Shown here: one piece after another, positions 32,770 to 43,616 of the stretch
Numbering within the stretch: position 1 is the first letter of the stretch
Layout: the number at the start of each line of letters is the position of its first letter
Source: an uncultured delta proteobacterium
GTDB taxonomy: Bacteria; Desulfobacterota; Syntrophia; Syntrophales; UBA2185
DNA length: 64,000 bases
Direction: 5' to 3'
Assembly (NCBI GenBank): GCA_963729715.1
Contig: CAVSPA010000010.1
Coordinates: 160,001 to 224,000 of the forward strand
The notes under the pieces: model-generated
The model's database searches: none
Told to the model about the DNA's origin: nothing
Seen by the model: the letters and a program-made list of their open reading frames with translations, nothing else
Position numbers and translations under genes: made by a program

Positions 32770-35202
32770 CTACATGAAGTTCAGTGGATCCACATCTACC
32801 CTAATATCCAGCGCAGTTACAGAAGCTCTTGAGATGATGTCTTTGGCAAGATCATGAACTGCGCGGGCGTCCTTGCCCTTCAAGAGCAGTTGCCAGCGGT
32901 GCCTTGCCTTGATTCTGGCAATGGGGGACTCTGCCGGACCAATAACTTCCACCTTGCCTTTCAACTCATTCTTTATCAACGAGTCTGCAATAAAATGTCT
33001 CAGTCCTTCAAGCCCTTCCATGCCCTTCTCTTTTGACAGGCTCGACAGTTGAAGATTAACAATCCGGGTGAGAGGGGGATAGGACAGCGCACTTCGCAGT
33101 GCAAGCTCATCATCATAGAATCCCATATAATCATGATCCTTCGCCCTGGTTATCGCATAGTGACCGGGATTAAAGGTCTGGATAATGACCCTTCCGGGAG
33201 ATTCGCCCCTTCCTCCCCTTCCGGAAACCTGGGTCAGGAGCTGAAATGTTCTTTCCGACGCTCGGAAATCGGGTATATTGAGGGATGTATCCGCTGAAAT
33301 TACACCCACCAGCGTGACGCAAGGGAAGTCGTGTCCTTTGGTAATCATCTGCGTTCCTACAAGGATATCGATATCACGCTGCGCAAGGGCCTTTAATATC
33401 TTTTCGTAAGCCCCTTTCGCAGATGTTGTATCACTGTCCATTCTTTCAATTCTGGCATGCGGGAAAAGCTTTTTGACTTCCTCCTCCAGTCTTTCCGTTC
33501 CCAAGCCGTAGGGGCGAATACGTTTTCCCTGACAAGCGGGACACGACGAGGAGGGTCTCATGGCATAGTCGCAATAGTGGCACTTCAGATTGCTTTCACT
33601 CGCGTGATAGGTCATGGATACGGCGCAGTTCAGGCATTTAAATACATGCCCGCAGTCAAAGCAGAATGTGAAGGTATAAGAGCCGCGCCTATTCAAGAAG
33701 AGGAGAGTCTGCTGTTTCTTTTTAAGTGTGTCATCAATCGCTTCTTTCAATGCCCGGGACAGGACATGAGAGGAAGCATATCCACTGCCCTCCACCTCTC
33801 GCTTCATATCGATGATTTCAATCTTCGGCAGTGGTCTGTCTTCCACCCTGCTGGGCAGGACAAGGTACTTGTATTTCCCCTTCATCATATTGAAATACGT
33901 CTGAACGGCAGGCGTGGCGGAGCCTAAAACAACCGTTGCTGAACTGAGGTTTGCCTTCATGATTGCGAGGTCACGGGCGCTGTATCTCATCCGATCATCC
34001 TGCTTGTAAGAGGTGTCATGTTCCTCATCCACGATAATCAGCTTAAGATTTCTTACAGGTGCGAAGATAGCCGAGCGGGCGCCGATGACGACATTGATGT
34101 CACCTCTTTGTATCCGCCTCCATTGATCGTACCGTGCAGATTTTGAGATACCGCTGTGAAGCACAGCTATCTCCGGGTCTTTAAATCTCTTGATAAAGCG
34201 GGTGAGCAGTTGCGGCGTCAAGGCTATTTCCGGGACAAGAAAAATTACGCCCCCCCTCATTCTGATAGTTTCTGCAATGGCATTGAAGTACACTTCCGTC
34301 TTGCCGCTCCCTGTGACTCCATGGAGGAGGAACGGCGAGAATCTGTTGTTCTGGAGGCCTTTTACAATCGCGCAAAGAGCATCTTCCTGATCCTCGTTCG
34401 GCGTAATTACGGATTGGCCGCCGCCGATATCAGGATTCTGACCGTGTCCCCGGGAGACTTCTTGTTCGCTTATGCGGACAATACCCCGTTGTTCCAATCT
34501 TCTTAGCAAGGGCAGGACATTCTTGAATTTCTTCGAGAGGAAAGCGACGGAGCAAGAGCCATGCGTACTGAGTAATTCGGTGAGCAAGGTTTGTTTTCCT
34601 GTGAGCTTTGTAACGGCTGTATCCCGGCAATTGAGATGGACGAGCTTTTCCTTTTTCGAGCTCACCTCCGGTTTCCCTGTTTTTAGTTCTTCAGCGACAA
34701 ATCCCGCACCGATGAGGGCATTGATGTCTCTGGAAATGTCTTTCTTTCCGATTAATGTTTTTAGTCTATCAAGAGGCAGGCCACCCGGGAAATGATCGAT
34801 AGTATCGATTATGCACTTTTGGACCGCAGAAATCATGGGGTCGTTTCCTTCCTGTCTCTTTCTGATGATAGTGATCCACCGGTCGCTTTTCGGATCGATT
34901 CCACCGGGCAGGATTTCGGCAAGCTCCTTTCCGAGAGGATAGATGTAGTATTGTGACGCCCAACGGTAGAATTTCAAATCTTCTTCGTTGAAAAGGGGTT
35001 CGGGGTCTAATATTTCTATGATTTCTTTAACGTCTTCGATATATGCCAGGTGAGATACTTCGACTATATATGCCGTGAGCCTTCTCTTGCCGAAAGGAAC
35101 GAGAACCCGTTTTCCAATGGCGATTTCTCGCTCAAGAGCCTCAGGGACGGAATATGAGAATGTCTTTTCCGAAGGGATATTAACAGCGACTGTTACAAAC
35201 AT
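32770..35202 (-). CDS. priA: Primosomal protein N'
   Basis: [17 protein letters not shown], four CxxC pairs, GTQMITKGHDF. Confidence 0.97.
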   Translation of the reverse strand: MFVTVAVNIPSEKTFSYSVPEALEREIAIGKRVLVPFGKRRLTAYIVEVSHLAYIEDVKEIIEILDPEPLFNEEDLKFYRWASQYYIYPLGKELAEILPGGIDPKSDRWITIIRKRQEGNDPMISAVQKCIIDTIDHFPGGLPLDRLKTLIGKKDISRDINALIGAGFVAEELKTGKPEVSSKKEKLVHLNCRDTAVTKLTGKQTLLTELLSTHGSCSVAFLSKKFKNVLPLLRRLEQRGIVRISEQEVSRGHGQNPDIGGGQSVITPNEDQEDALCAIVKGLQNNRFSPFLLHGVTGSGKTEVYFNAIAETIRMRGGVIFLVPEIALTPQLLTRFIKRFKDPEIAVLHSGISKSARYDQWRRIQRGDINVVIGARSAIFAPVRNLKLIIVDEEHDTSYKQDDRMRYSARDLAIMKANLSSATVVLGSATPAVQTYFNMMKGKYKYLVLPSRVEDRPLPKIEIIDMKREVEGSGYASSHVLSRALKEAIDDTLKKKQQTLLFLNRRGSYTFTFCFDCGHVFKCLNCAVSMTYHASESNLKCHYCDYAMRPSSSCPACQGKRIRPYGLGTERLEEEVKKLFPHARIERMDSDTTSAKGAYEKILKALAQRDIDILVGTQMITKGHDFPCVTLVGVISADTSLNIPDFRASERTFQLLTQVSGRGGRGESPGRVIIQTFNPGHYAITRAKDHDYMGFYDDELALRSALSYPPLTRIVNLQLSSLSKEKGMEGLEGLRHFIADSLIKNELKGKVEVIGPAESPIARIKARHRWQLLLKGKDARAVHDLAKDIISRASVTALDIRVDVDPLNFM

Positions 35203-35330
35203 CGGGCTCGTTACCTGTTTGGACAAGGCGGGAAAATTGTATTACACTTGATCTGTGGGGTTGTTATATCTTGTTGTAATGCGAGGTCGTGGTTAAAGAG
35301 TATATGTATTCAGGATATCAATCGGGATGC

Positions 35331-35723
35331 TTATTCCCCTTTGAGCCTTTCTATCTTTTCCTGTTTGGTCTTGCAATCGATGCAGAGAGTCGTTACCGGT
35401 CTCGCCATCAGCCTCTTCTCAGAGATGGGGCCGCCACAGACCTCACACATACCAAAGACACCATCGTCGATACGCTTTATGGCCTCTTGTATCTTGAGGA
35501 GCAACTTTCTTTCCCTGTCTCTGATGCGGAGCTCAAAGTTTCTGTCTGATTCGAGAGTCGCCCGGTCATTGGGATCGGGAAAATTTTCCTTTCCGGTTGT
35601 CATGTCGGAGACTGTTTTTTCCGCCTCATCGAGGAGCTCATTCATTTTTTGGGTTAGGAGGTATCTATAAAATTGACGCTTCTCCGGTTTCATGGTTTGA
35701 AATTTTTCTGGTTTCGTGGCCAT
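35331..35723 (-). CDS. dksA: RNA polymerase-binding protein DksA
   Basis: PDPNDRA, RDRERKL, CEVCG...LCIDCK zinc finger. Confidence 0.95.
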   Translation of the reverse strand: MATKPEKFQTMKPEKRQFYRYLLTQKMNELLDEAEKTVSDMTTGKENFPDPNDRATLESDRNFELRIRDRERKLLLKIQEAIKRIDDGVFGMCEVCGGPISEKRLMARPVTTLCIDCKTKQEKIERLKGE

Positions 35724-35865
35724 CTCGATCACCCTGTGGAACACTTAACATGAAGTCTTTATTTGAATTGTGTTTAATACACAAAGACTGCCTTCTTGTA
35801 AAGGAAAATAATCATTCGCCGGAGAAATGAATTAATTGCTAAAATTACAATGACTTATGATTTCA

Positions 35866-36348
35866 TTAGTATTGGCAGTAGGCCTTTTTCACTTTTTCAA
35901 TGATGTTTGTTGTCGATGATCCCTTGATTTCCGGAATGATAACTACCCTGCCGCCCCATTTCTCTATCGATTCCCGTCCGACAACGTCTTCCTCTTTCCA
36001 GTCGCCTCCTTTCACAAGCACGTGGGGCTTCAGATATTCAATTAACTCGAGGGGGGTCAGTTCGTGGAAAATCGTAACATAATCTACCGATTCAAGGGAG
36101 GCGACAAGATCTGCCCGCTCGTTTTGCGGCGTCAGCGGGCGTTTTTCTCCTTTCAGGGATCGGACCGACTCGTCACTGTTGAGGCCCAGGACGAGTATAT
36201 CGCCTTGCTTCTTGGCATCTCGAAGATATCGGGTATGCCCGACGTGAAGGATATCGAAACAGCCGTTTGTGAAGACAATTTTTTTCCCTTCACCACGAAG
36301 TGCGTCAATCTTTTTCTTCAGTTTCTCCCGGGAATAGATTTTGTTCAT
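35866..36348 (-). CDS. rfaE2: D-glycero-beta-D-manno-heptose 1-phosphate adenylyltransferase
   Basis: FTNGCFDILHVGH, LVKGGDW, STTNII. Confidence 0.93.
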   Translation of the reverse strand: MNKIYSREKLKKKIDALRGEGKKIVFTNGCFDILHVGHTRYLRDAKKQGDILVLGLNSDESVRSLKGEKRPLTPQNERADLVASLESVDYVTIFHELTPLELIEYLKPHVLVKGGDWKEEDVVGRESIEKWGGRVVIIPEIKGSSTTNIIEKVKKAYCQY

Positions 36349-36564
36349 TTGTTCCCTCTCCAGTCACTGTTCCTATAGATTTGTCCTCTGAACGAAGAAC
36401 TTCCTCTCATACCTGCGAGAAATGGCATTTTAAAATATCGTTTCGGATCATGATCGTGATCAGGTCCGGGCGGAAGTCGGTCTTGCATTATCGGATATTT
36501 GCATGATCTTACAATGGCGATGGCAGTAATAACAAGAAAAGAATTATGCAAAGGACATATGGGG

Positions 36565-37287
36565 CTAAACCGCTCTGGCCAGTGTCAGAACCACCACTCG
36601 CTCGGCCCTGTTCTTCATGAGCACCCGTACACATTCTTTTACCGTACTGCCGGATGTATACACGTCATCCACGAGGATGATCCTTTCTCCCTTAACTTTA
36701 CCTGAATCTGCGATGGGAAAAACACCATGAACATTCGTTTCCCGCTCCTTCCTTCCGAGGCTGATCCGTGGTTCCGTATACACATGCCTCTTGAGCGCCA
36801 TGGAGTCCAACGGTATATGGACTCTCCTCGCCACTTCCCTGGCAAGGATTACGGACTGGTTGAATCCCCTTTCCCTCAATCTCTTGGGATGAAGAGGGAC
36901 GGGCATGATCAGAGAATATTCTCCGATATTGAAAGTTGGGTAGGCGAATTCCGCCACTAATTTCCCGAGGATTTCGCTGATATGTGTTCTCCCGTTGCAT
37001 TTAAACCGATGGATCGCTTCGGGGAGGGTGGTTTCGTAACGCCCGACGGCACGGGCGGCCACATAGACTGATTTTGAAACAATGCAATCATTACATAGGT
37101 GCCTGCCTCCGTCATCTCCGGCAAAGGGAATGCCGCAGCATGGACAGAGAGATGAGTGTATGAAATGTATTTTTGCATAACAGGCGCCGCAGAAGGGGAG
37201 ATGCTCGTGATGAGCGAGGACGGCGTCGCATGTCAAACATCGGGGTGGGAATATGATGTCTGAAAGACCCGCGAGGATACGTTTCAA
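36565..37287 (-). CDS. comF: ComF family protein (zinc ribbon + phosphoribosyltransferase)
   Basis: CxxC pairs, PVPLH, RGFNQ, LVDDVYTSG. Confidence 0.88.
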   Translation of the reverse strand: MKRILAGLSDIIFPPRCLTCDAVLAHHEHLPFCGACYAKIHFIHSSLCPCCGIPFAGDDGGRHLCNDCIVSKSVYVAARAVGRYETTLPEAIHRFKCNGRTHISEILGKLVAEFAYPTFNIGEYSLIMPVPLHPKRLRERGFNQSVILAREVARRVHIPLDSMALKRHVYTEPRISLGRKERETNVHGVFPIADSGKVKGERIILVDDVYTSGSTVKECVRVLMKNRAERVVVLTLARAV

Positions 37288-37289
37288 TA

Positions 37290-37685
37290 CTAAATCCCTT
37301 TGTCGAGAGCGGTCATTTCGGTTACCTCATCTCCGACATCCATACGCGGCGCATCTGGCCACAGCCTCTCAATATCGTAGAACTCTCTGATCGGATCGTA
37401 GAAAACGTGGATGATTACATCTTCGTAATCCATAAGAACCCATTTTCCGAGGCTCTCGCCCTCTATACCGAGGGGTATAATACCACATTCTTTAAGATTT
37501 TCTCGAATCGATGCCGCTATAGACTGGACCTGTCGGTCAGATGTGCCGCTGCAGATGATGAAGTAATCTGCGAAGGCAGATATTTCTTTGACGTTTAGTA
37601 TGGTTAGGTTCTTGGCTTTTCTTTTAAGAGAAGCATTTATGCACAGGAGCAACCGTTCTTTTCCATCTATGTCTTCTTTTACCAA
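37290..37685 (-). CDS. rsfS: Ribosome silencing factor
   Basis: ADYFIICSG, WVLMDY, REFYDIERLW; TTG start after AGGAGG. Confidence 0.94.
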   Translation of the reverse strand: MVKEDIDGKERLLLCINASLKRKAKNLTILNVKEISAFADYFIICSGTSDRQVQSIAASIRENLKECGIIPLGIEGESLGKWVLMDYEDVIIHVFYDPIREFYDIERLWPDAPRMDVGDEVTEMTALDKGI

Positions 37686-37860
37686 TAACACCTCCTGAAA
37701 GAGTATGTGACGACTTTAAGCACAACGTCATCGCTTTTTTCGTTATTCTACAATCGTCCGCTTGCTTTTGGCAACTAAAATCTGCTGCTAAAATCTGCTG
37801 CCTCGCCAACGAGGGGTTTCCGCCGAGAATGCGGTTGTTAAATAATTTTCCGTATGATAA

Positions 37861-38697
37861 ATGGAGGAGGAGCTCAGATTATTCTTGGCGGACACGGAAT
37901 TTATCATGCATGATGTATTAAAATTGGTTCAGGTTCATATGCCGTTCCATTTTCTCCGCAATCAGTTCCTTCCTTTGGTCATAAGAGAAAGAATAAACCC
38001 TGAGATCAGCTTCAATCATTTCACGCTCGACCATTTCCGGAAAGATGACTTTATAAGCGTTGCCGATCAGCTCTTGGAGGCGGGATTGACCATCAGCTTC
38101 CACGCACCGTTCATGGATTTGAGACCCGGGGCCATAGATCCGGAAATCCGTAAGGTAACTATAGGCCGGCTGCAGCAGGTTTTTGATCTGGTGCCCTATT
38201 TTAGGCCCATCTCCGTGGTATGCCATGCCTCATTCGATAAGAGATACTACGTATCAAACGAGCATGAGTGGCTGGAAAACAGCATAGAGACGTGGAAACT
38301 ATTTTTGGCACAGGCCGCTGATATGGACACCGTCATTGCCCTGGAAAATGTCTATGAAACTGACTGTCAATATTTGGCTTCGCTCCTCAATGCATTTACC
38401 TCGCCTCATATATGCTCTTGCTTCGATACCGGCCACTTCAACGTATACTCTGCTACGCCCCTCGGAGAATGGATAGATTGCATGGGGGTCCGCATCGGAC
38501 AGGTCCATATTCATGACAATAACGGGCTTCTCGATGAACATCTGCCGGTCGGCGAGGGGAACTTCCCTTTTCATGCATTCTTTGAAATGATCCGCAAAAG
38601 GGGTCTTAAGCCGGTGATAACTCTTGAGTCGCATTCAGAAAAGCAGCTCTGGCGCATGTTGGAGAATATCAAGGCACAAAACCTGTTTGTGGGATAG
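37861..38697 (+). CDS. Sugar phosphate isomerase/epimerase (AP endonuclease 2 TIM barrel) family
   Basis: HAPF, ALEN, CFDTGH, HIHDN...DEHL, TLE; alternative start 37906. Confidence 0.85.
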   Translation: MEEELRLFLADTEFIMHDVLKLVQVHMPFHFLRNQFLPLVIRERINPEISFNHFTLDHFRKDDFISVADQLLEAGLTISFHAPFMDLRPGAIDPEIRKVTIGRLQQVFDLVPYFRPISVVCHASFDKRYYVSNEHEWLENSIETWKLFLAQAADMDTVIALENVYETDCQYLASLLNAFTSPHICSCFDTGHFNVYSATPLGEWIDCMGVRIGQVHIHDNNGLLDEHLPVGEGNFPFHAFFEMIRKRGLKPVITLESHSEKQLWRMLENIKAQNLFVG

Positions 38698-38736
38698 CTT
38701 GATTGATGACCACAAAGATTGGCGTGGAGGCATCAC

Positions 38737-39711
38737 TTGCTTAGATACATTGCCGAGAGATTGATATCCATGGTGCCACTCCTGATCGGTATAACGATGG
38801 TCTGCTTTGTCGTCATGCATCTCGCCCCGGGCTCCCCCACCGACATGGAGACACAGATGAACCCGAGGGCATCCGCCGATTACAGGGAGCGCCTGAATGC
38901 GATGTACGATCTTGATAAACCTCTCTATCAGCAGTACTTGTCCTGGGTCGGGAAGATTGCCGTCCTGGACCTGGGGAAGTCATTCTCCTCGGACCGCAGG
39001 CCCGTGGCACGGAAGATCATCGAACGCCTGCCTGTCACCATCCTCATCAATGTGCTTTCCATGGTCCTGATTTTTGTTATTGCTATTCCCATCGGCGTTC
39101 TTTCAGCCGTACACAAAGACTCCCTTTTTGATAAGATTACCGGTGTCTTCGTTTTCGTGGGATTTGCCATACCAACCTTCTGGCTGGCCCTGCTTTTAAT
39201 GATCTTGTTTGGGATTGACCTGGGGTGGTTGCCTATATCGGGTATCCGGTCTTTGAATTACGACTATCTTCCTCCCGGGATGGTGTTTCTGGATGTGGTG
39301 AAGCACCTTATCCTCCCCGTTACGCTCTCCGCCTTCGGCGGTCTGGCGGGCCTTTCCCGTTATATGAGATCCAATATGCTGGAAGTGATCAGGCAGGATT
39401 ATATCATGACGGCTAGGGCAAAGGGTTTGAGTGAGCGTAAGGTCATCTATAAGCATGCCCTCAGGAATGCCCTCCTTCCCGTTATAACTATCTTAGGGTT
39501 GTCCGTGCCCGGTCTTATCGGGGGGAGCGTCATCTTCGAGAGCATTTTCGCCATACCCGGAATGGGGCAGCTTTTTTATATGTCTGTCATGGCTCGGGAT
39601 TATCCGGTTGTAATGGGAATTCTCTTAATCGGGGCTGTATTGACACTGCTGGGGAACTTGATTGCCGATGTCTCCTATGCCCTCGCAGATCCACGGATCA
39701 GGGTTTCATAG
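38737..39711 (+). CDS. Peptide/nickel ABC transporter permease (OppB/DppB-like)
   Basis: [27 protein letters not shown]. Confidence 0.92.
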   Translation: MLRYIAERLISMVPLLIGITMVCFVVMHLAPGSPTDMETQMNPRASADYRERLNAMYDLDKPLYQQYLSWVGKIAVLDLGKSFSSDRRPVARKIIERLPVTILINVLSMVLIFVIAIPIGVLSAVHKDSLFDKITGVFVFVGFAIPTFWLALLLMILFGIDLGWLPISGIRSLNYDYLPPGMVFLDVVKHLILPVTLSAFGGLAGLSRYMRSNMLEVIRQDYIMTARAKGLSERKVIYKHALRNALLPVITILGLSVPGLIGGSVIFESIFAIPGMGQLFYMSVMARDYPVVMGILLIGAVLTLLGNLIADVSYALADPRIRVS

Positions 39712-39720
39712 GTGTAGAGT

Positions 39721-40551
39721 ATGGGGACTGATTTCTGGAAGAGGTTTAAAAAAAATAGAATAGCTCTTGCCGGGAGTTTTGTTGTCATCCTGCTTTTTGC
39801 TGTATCCATCCTTGCACCTGTGATCGCTCCCTACGATCCCCATGAGATTGATCTTAAGTTGGTACTTGCACCGCCTTCGGGCAGCCACCTTTGCGGTACT
39901 GATCAGCTGGGCCGGGATGTCTTTTCGCGGATGGTCTGGGGTTCCCGGATATCATTGAGGGTGGGGTTTGTCGCCACGGGCATTGCCATCCTCATCGGGG
40001 CAGTCCTCGGCGCTGTGGCAGGGTATTATGGAAGGTGGACAGATGCCGTGATTATGAGATTCGTCGACATTATGCTCTGTTTCCCGACTTTTTTTCTTAT
40101 CTTGGCCGTGATTGCCTTGCTTGAACCTTCTATCTGGAACATAATGATCATCATCGGGCTAACAGGCTGGATGGGTATCACACGGCTTGTACGGGCTGAC
40201 TTTACGTCCCTGAAGGAGAGGGATTTTGTACTCGCTGCGAGGGCAATAGGCGCCAGCGATTTGAGAATTATTTTTATCCATATCTTGCCCAACGCCATGG
40301 CATCTGTCCTCGTTGCGGCGACACTGGGCGTTGCCGGGGCAATTCTCACCGAATCGGCCCTCAGTTTCTTGGGGATCGGTGTGCAGCCGCCGACGCCGAG
40401 CTGGGGGAATATACTGACCGCCGGTAAAGACAATATTGATATCGCCTGGTGGCTCTCCCTGTATCCAGGGTTGGCAATTCTTATCACCGTCTTAGGCTAT
40501 AACCTCTTGGGGGAAGGCATAAGGGATTCTCTTGATCCGAGGTTGAAGTAG
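39721..40551 (+). CDS. Peptide/nickel ABC transporter permease (OppC/DppC-like)
   Basis: GTDQLGRD, HILPN, ESALSFLG, PSWG. Confidence 0.92.
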   Translation: MGTDFWKRFKKNRIALAGSFVVILLFAVSILAPVIAPYDPHEIDLKLVLAPPSGSHLCGTDQLGRDVFSRMVWGSRISLRVGFVATGIAILIGAVLGAVAGYYGRWTDAVIMRFVDIMLCFPTFFLILAVIALLEPSIWNIMIIIGLTGWMGITRLVRADFTSLKERDFVLAARAIGASDLRIIFIHILPNAMASVLVAATLGVAGAILTESALSFLGIGVQPPTPSWGNILTAGKDNIDIAWWLSLYPGLAILITVLGYNLLGEGIRDSLDPRLK

Positions 40552-40663
40552 TTGCAGTTACAAACCCCGGGATATGGCGGCGCTGTTCAGCACGAATGCT
40601 GACGGTCGTGTTTATTAAATCGGTACAATATCTCTCGGTAAGAAACTTTCGACGTTTCTGTAT

Positions 40664-41452
40664 TCAGAGAAGCCCAGTGATCATTCCCAAGCCGACTATC
40701 GCAAGCAAAATCCCAACTATAAATTGCACGGATTTCAGAGTAATTTTTTTCAGTAATGTACTCCCCATGAACGCGCCTACAAATGCCGACAGTATTGCGG
40801 CGACAACAAGGTTAACTCCTATACTAGAGTCAAGTTCTCTGAACTGTGTAAAATTGAAACTGAGGCCGTAGATAAACAATCTCGTGATGTCGATTATTAC
40901 TGCTGCAACTGTCCCGGTGCCGACAAACGTTTCCGGATTCATGCCTGCCTTAATCAGGAAGGCGCTGCGAAAGGCGCCCTGATGACCGGAGAGCCCGCCG
41001 AGAAATCCCGAGATTATGCCCCCTATGGGGAGATACATGCGATCAAAAGAGAGCCGTTGAAAACGCGGCAAAAATTCCAAGAACGAAAAAACAAGAATGA
41101 CGCCCCCGATTGTTAGCTTCAGGGTGGAGATGTCATGCATTTTGCCATCGACGGTATATGATGCAAAAGAAGGCATACCGGCGAAGAGGTTTAGCGTCGC
41201 AGCCCCAGCCGCGGCGGCCAAGGCGCCAGGCAGGGCAAACTTTGCCACAACCTCCCAATCGGCCTTCTTTCCCACTAAGAACGTCTTGAATACATTGTTT
41301 GCTAGGTGAACCACAGCTGTTGCGGCTACTGCAACCTGTATGGGGAAAAAAAGAGCGAAGGCCGGCATAAGTACCGTGCCCAGACCAAATCCCGAAAAAA
41401 GTGTTGAGGCGGAAACGAACAGTGCGACTGAGCAGACTATGGCATATTCCAT
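40664..41452 (-). CDS. Sulfite exporter TauE/SafE (TSUP) family protein
   Basis: SGFGLG, GFLGGLSGHQG; multiple TM helices. Confidence 0.85.
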   Translation of the reverse strand: MEYAIVCSVALFVSASTLFSGFGLGTVLMPAFALFFPIQVAVAATAVVHLANNVFKTFLVGKKADWEVVAKFALPGALAAAAGAATLNLFAGMPSFASYTVDGKMHDISTLKLTIGGVILVFSFLEFLPRFQRLSFDRMYLPIGGIISGFLGGLSGHQGAFRSAFLIKAGMNPETFVGTGTVAAVIIDITRLFIYGLSFNFTQFRELDSSIGVNLVVAAILSAFVGAFMGSTLLKKITLKSVQFIVGILLAIVGLGMITGLL

Positions 41453-41609
41453 TTAGATAATTCTTTTCTAAATTTAAAAAGGCGCTTTTACAGTGTTGAA
41501 CAAAGTGCCTGTTCGCAAGCTCTCGCTTGAACCGGCGAAGATGCTAACCGGTGGGACCACGGTCTTGCCAAAGGGGAGGTGAGGTGTCCGCCGGAGAATC
41601 TAGTACACT

Positions 41610-42575
41610 TCAGTCGGGCTGATTAATGGCAGACAGCTGCCAGTTGCCGCTTCCTACAGACCTCGCAAAAGTCCAGTATTCTTCAAATTTAACGGGCTCT
41701 GTTTTGCTGCCTGTAAGCAAGTCGCCGCTTTCACCGACTGTGTAGTCAAGAAGGCTCGCCACGATCCTGGCGGTGATAAAATCCGTTCCGCCTTCCTGCC
41801 ATGCCTCCGTGATTTCCACAGACCTGACGGCGATATTGTCGAGTTTGTTGATCTTCTTTTCGGCCTTCAATTTATTTCCGTCTCTCTGCAAAATGCCGAA
41901 CATTTCTTCTGTAAGTATATTCCTGACAAGGCTCATGTCGCGGTTAATCCACGCACCCTGAATCTTGAAGAAGTTATCCATGCATAGATCCGAAAACCTT
42001 GCTTCATCAAAAGAGGGGTCCATCTGACGAATGTGGCGCAATCCCGTTTGGACGTCAGCTTCGGTGTGTCCCTGATCCCGGGAAGAATCTGCAAATCCTG
42101 TCTGTTGTCCTATTGATGGGGAAACGCCGGCTTGGTAATGGTAGCCTGCCGTAGGTGCCGCTTCTCTGCGCCTCTTGATGAGCATATATAAAATGTAAAG
42201 CAGACCGCCGATGAGGATGATATCCAAAAGTCCGATGCCACTCCCGCCGAAACCGCCCATGCCCATGCCGTGGCTGAGTCCGCTAAAGAGCAAGCTGCCC
42301 AAAAAGCCGCCTGCCACGCCCATGGCAAGCCCTCTCCACATGCTCGGTTGCTGCTGCGGCAGCTGCGGAGTCATCGGTTGAGTGAGAGTCATTGACGGAC
42401 TGGACGGTGATGGCGCCGAGTATGGTCTGCTGGGAGAGCTGAAAGACCGCGAACCGCGGCTGCCCATAGACATGCCGCCTCCCGCTCTGGCAAAAGCATC
42501 CAGCTCCATTATCCCAATGAAAAAAAACAGGAATACGAAAATGGTTACTCCTATTTCCCAATTTCTTCGCGACAT
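41610..42575 (-). CDS. Tim44-domain membrane protein
   Basis: ARAGGGxSxGSRGSRS, Gly-rich TM region, DPSFD, FEEYWTF. Confidence 0.88.
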   Translation of the reverse strand: MSRRNWEIGVTIFVFLFFFIGIMELDAFARAGGGMSMGSRGSRSFSSPSRPYSAPSPSSPSMTLTQPMTPQLPQQQPSMWRGLAMGVAGGFLGSLLFSGLSHGMGMGGFGGSGIGLLDIILIGGLLYILYMLIKRRREAAPTAGYHYQAGVSPSIGQQTGFADSSRDQGHTEADVQTGLRHIRQMDPSFDEARFSDLCMDNFFKIQGAWINRDMSLVRNILTEEMFGILQRDGNKLKAEKKINKLDNIAVRSVEITEAWQEGGTDFITARIVASLLDYTVGESGDLLTGSKTEPVKFEEYWTFARSVGSGNWQLSAINQPD

Positions 42576-42828
42576 ATTTGCTCCTCCTTCGAGTTACTTA
42601 GCATCTGTGCGTATCTCTCGGATTGAGAGATACAAGTGCAAACTTTGGGGCTGGATTGTAGAAGATATGTTCCCAAGTGTCAACATCTCCTTTTCATCTC
42701 CTTTTCGTTTTGTCTTTTTCAGACAGATGTTGTATTAGAGGCTTCTGTAAGGGTTTGCCTGGATATACTTCTCGAAATCATGATATACAGAAATACCTCA
42801 TATGCGTATAAATAATTGAGGAATATGT

Positions 42829-43608
42829 ATGGGTGTTTACGACTTAGACGGAAAAATTATACAAGCGGCGGATCTGATAGTGCATACCAGGAATGTGGTC
42901 GTGTTTACAGGTGCCGGCGTTAGCACGGAGTCAGGCATTCCCGATTTTCGCAGCCCCGGTGGGATATGGACAAAATTCGATCCGGAAGATTTTACAATTC
43001 AAAAATTCCTCTCAAGCCCGGCGACAAGAAAAAAACAATGGCAGATGCTTCTTGATGGAGGCTTGTTTGCCAATGCCCAACCAAACAGGGCCCACCTTGC
43101 CGTTGCCCTGCTGGAGGAGATCGGTAAACTGAACTGTGTAATCACCCAGAATGTCGACAACCTTCATCAGAGGGCCGGAAACTCTCCGGAGAAGGTCTAT
43201 GAGCTGCACGGCAATATGAGGTGGCTGAAATGCATGAGCTGTGATGCGCGCTATCCTGTGGGTGACGTCACAGATAGCTTCCGTGCCAAGGGGGAAGTCC
43301 CAGACTGCGAACGCTGCCACGGGATTCTAAAGCCGGATGTAGTTTTCTTTGGCGAACTCCTGCCCGAATGGACATTGAAAAATGCGACTGCTCATGCCAC
43401 CAGATGCGAGCTCATGATTGTCATCGGGTCGTCTCTTGTCGTGTACCCGGCTGCGTACATGCCCATGTATGCTAAAGAGTCCGGGGCCAAACTGGTGATC
43501 ATCAACAATACGCCCACGTCCTGCGATGATGTTGCGGATGTTGTAATCCATCATTCTGCCGGAGTAGTGATGGAGAGCATAATGGAAAATGTCAGAAAGA
43601 GACTCTGA
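42829..43608 (+). CDS. cobB: Sir2-family NAD-dependent protein deacylase
   Basis: GAGVSTESGIPDFR, TQNVDNLH, LHGN, two CxxC, GSSLVVYPAA. Confidence 0.93.
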   Translation: MGVYDLDGKIIQAADLIVHTRNVVVFTGAGVSTESGIPDFRSPGGIWTKFDPEDFTIQKFLSSPATRKKQWQMLLDGGLFANAQPNRAHLAVALLEEIGKLNCVITQNVDNLHQRAGNSPEKVYELHGNMRWLKCMSCDARYPVGDVTDSFRAKGEVPDCERCHGILKPDVVFFGELLPEWTLKNATAHATRCELMIVIGSSLVVYPAAYMPMYAKESGAKLVIINNTPTSCDDVADVVIHHSAGVVMESIMENVRKRL

Positions 43609-43616
43609 GCGAGAAG

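Noticed and set aside
36455..36485. TCAGGTCCGGGCGGAAG resembles the SRP (4.5S) RNA core
   Set aside because: The loop is GGGC rather than GNRA, the following AGCAGC is missing, and there is no long flanking helix
36349..36560. Short minus-strand ORF fragments between comF and rfaE2 (possible gene remnant)
   Set aside because: No recognisable family and no frame with both a clear RBS and coherent protein features
42829..43608. Sir2 gene as an anti-phage NADase (Thoeris/DSR type)
   Set aside because: It is a canonical ~260-aa Zn-binding sirtuin with no defence partner genes
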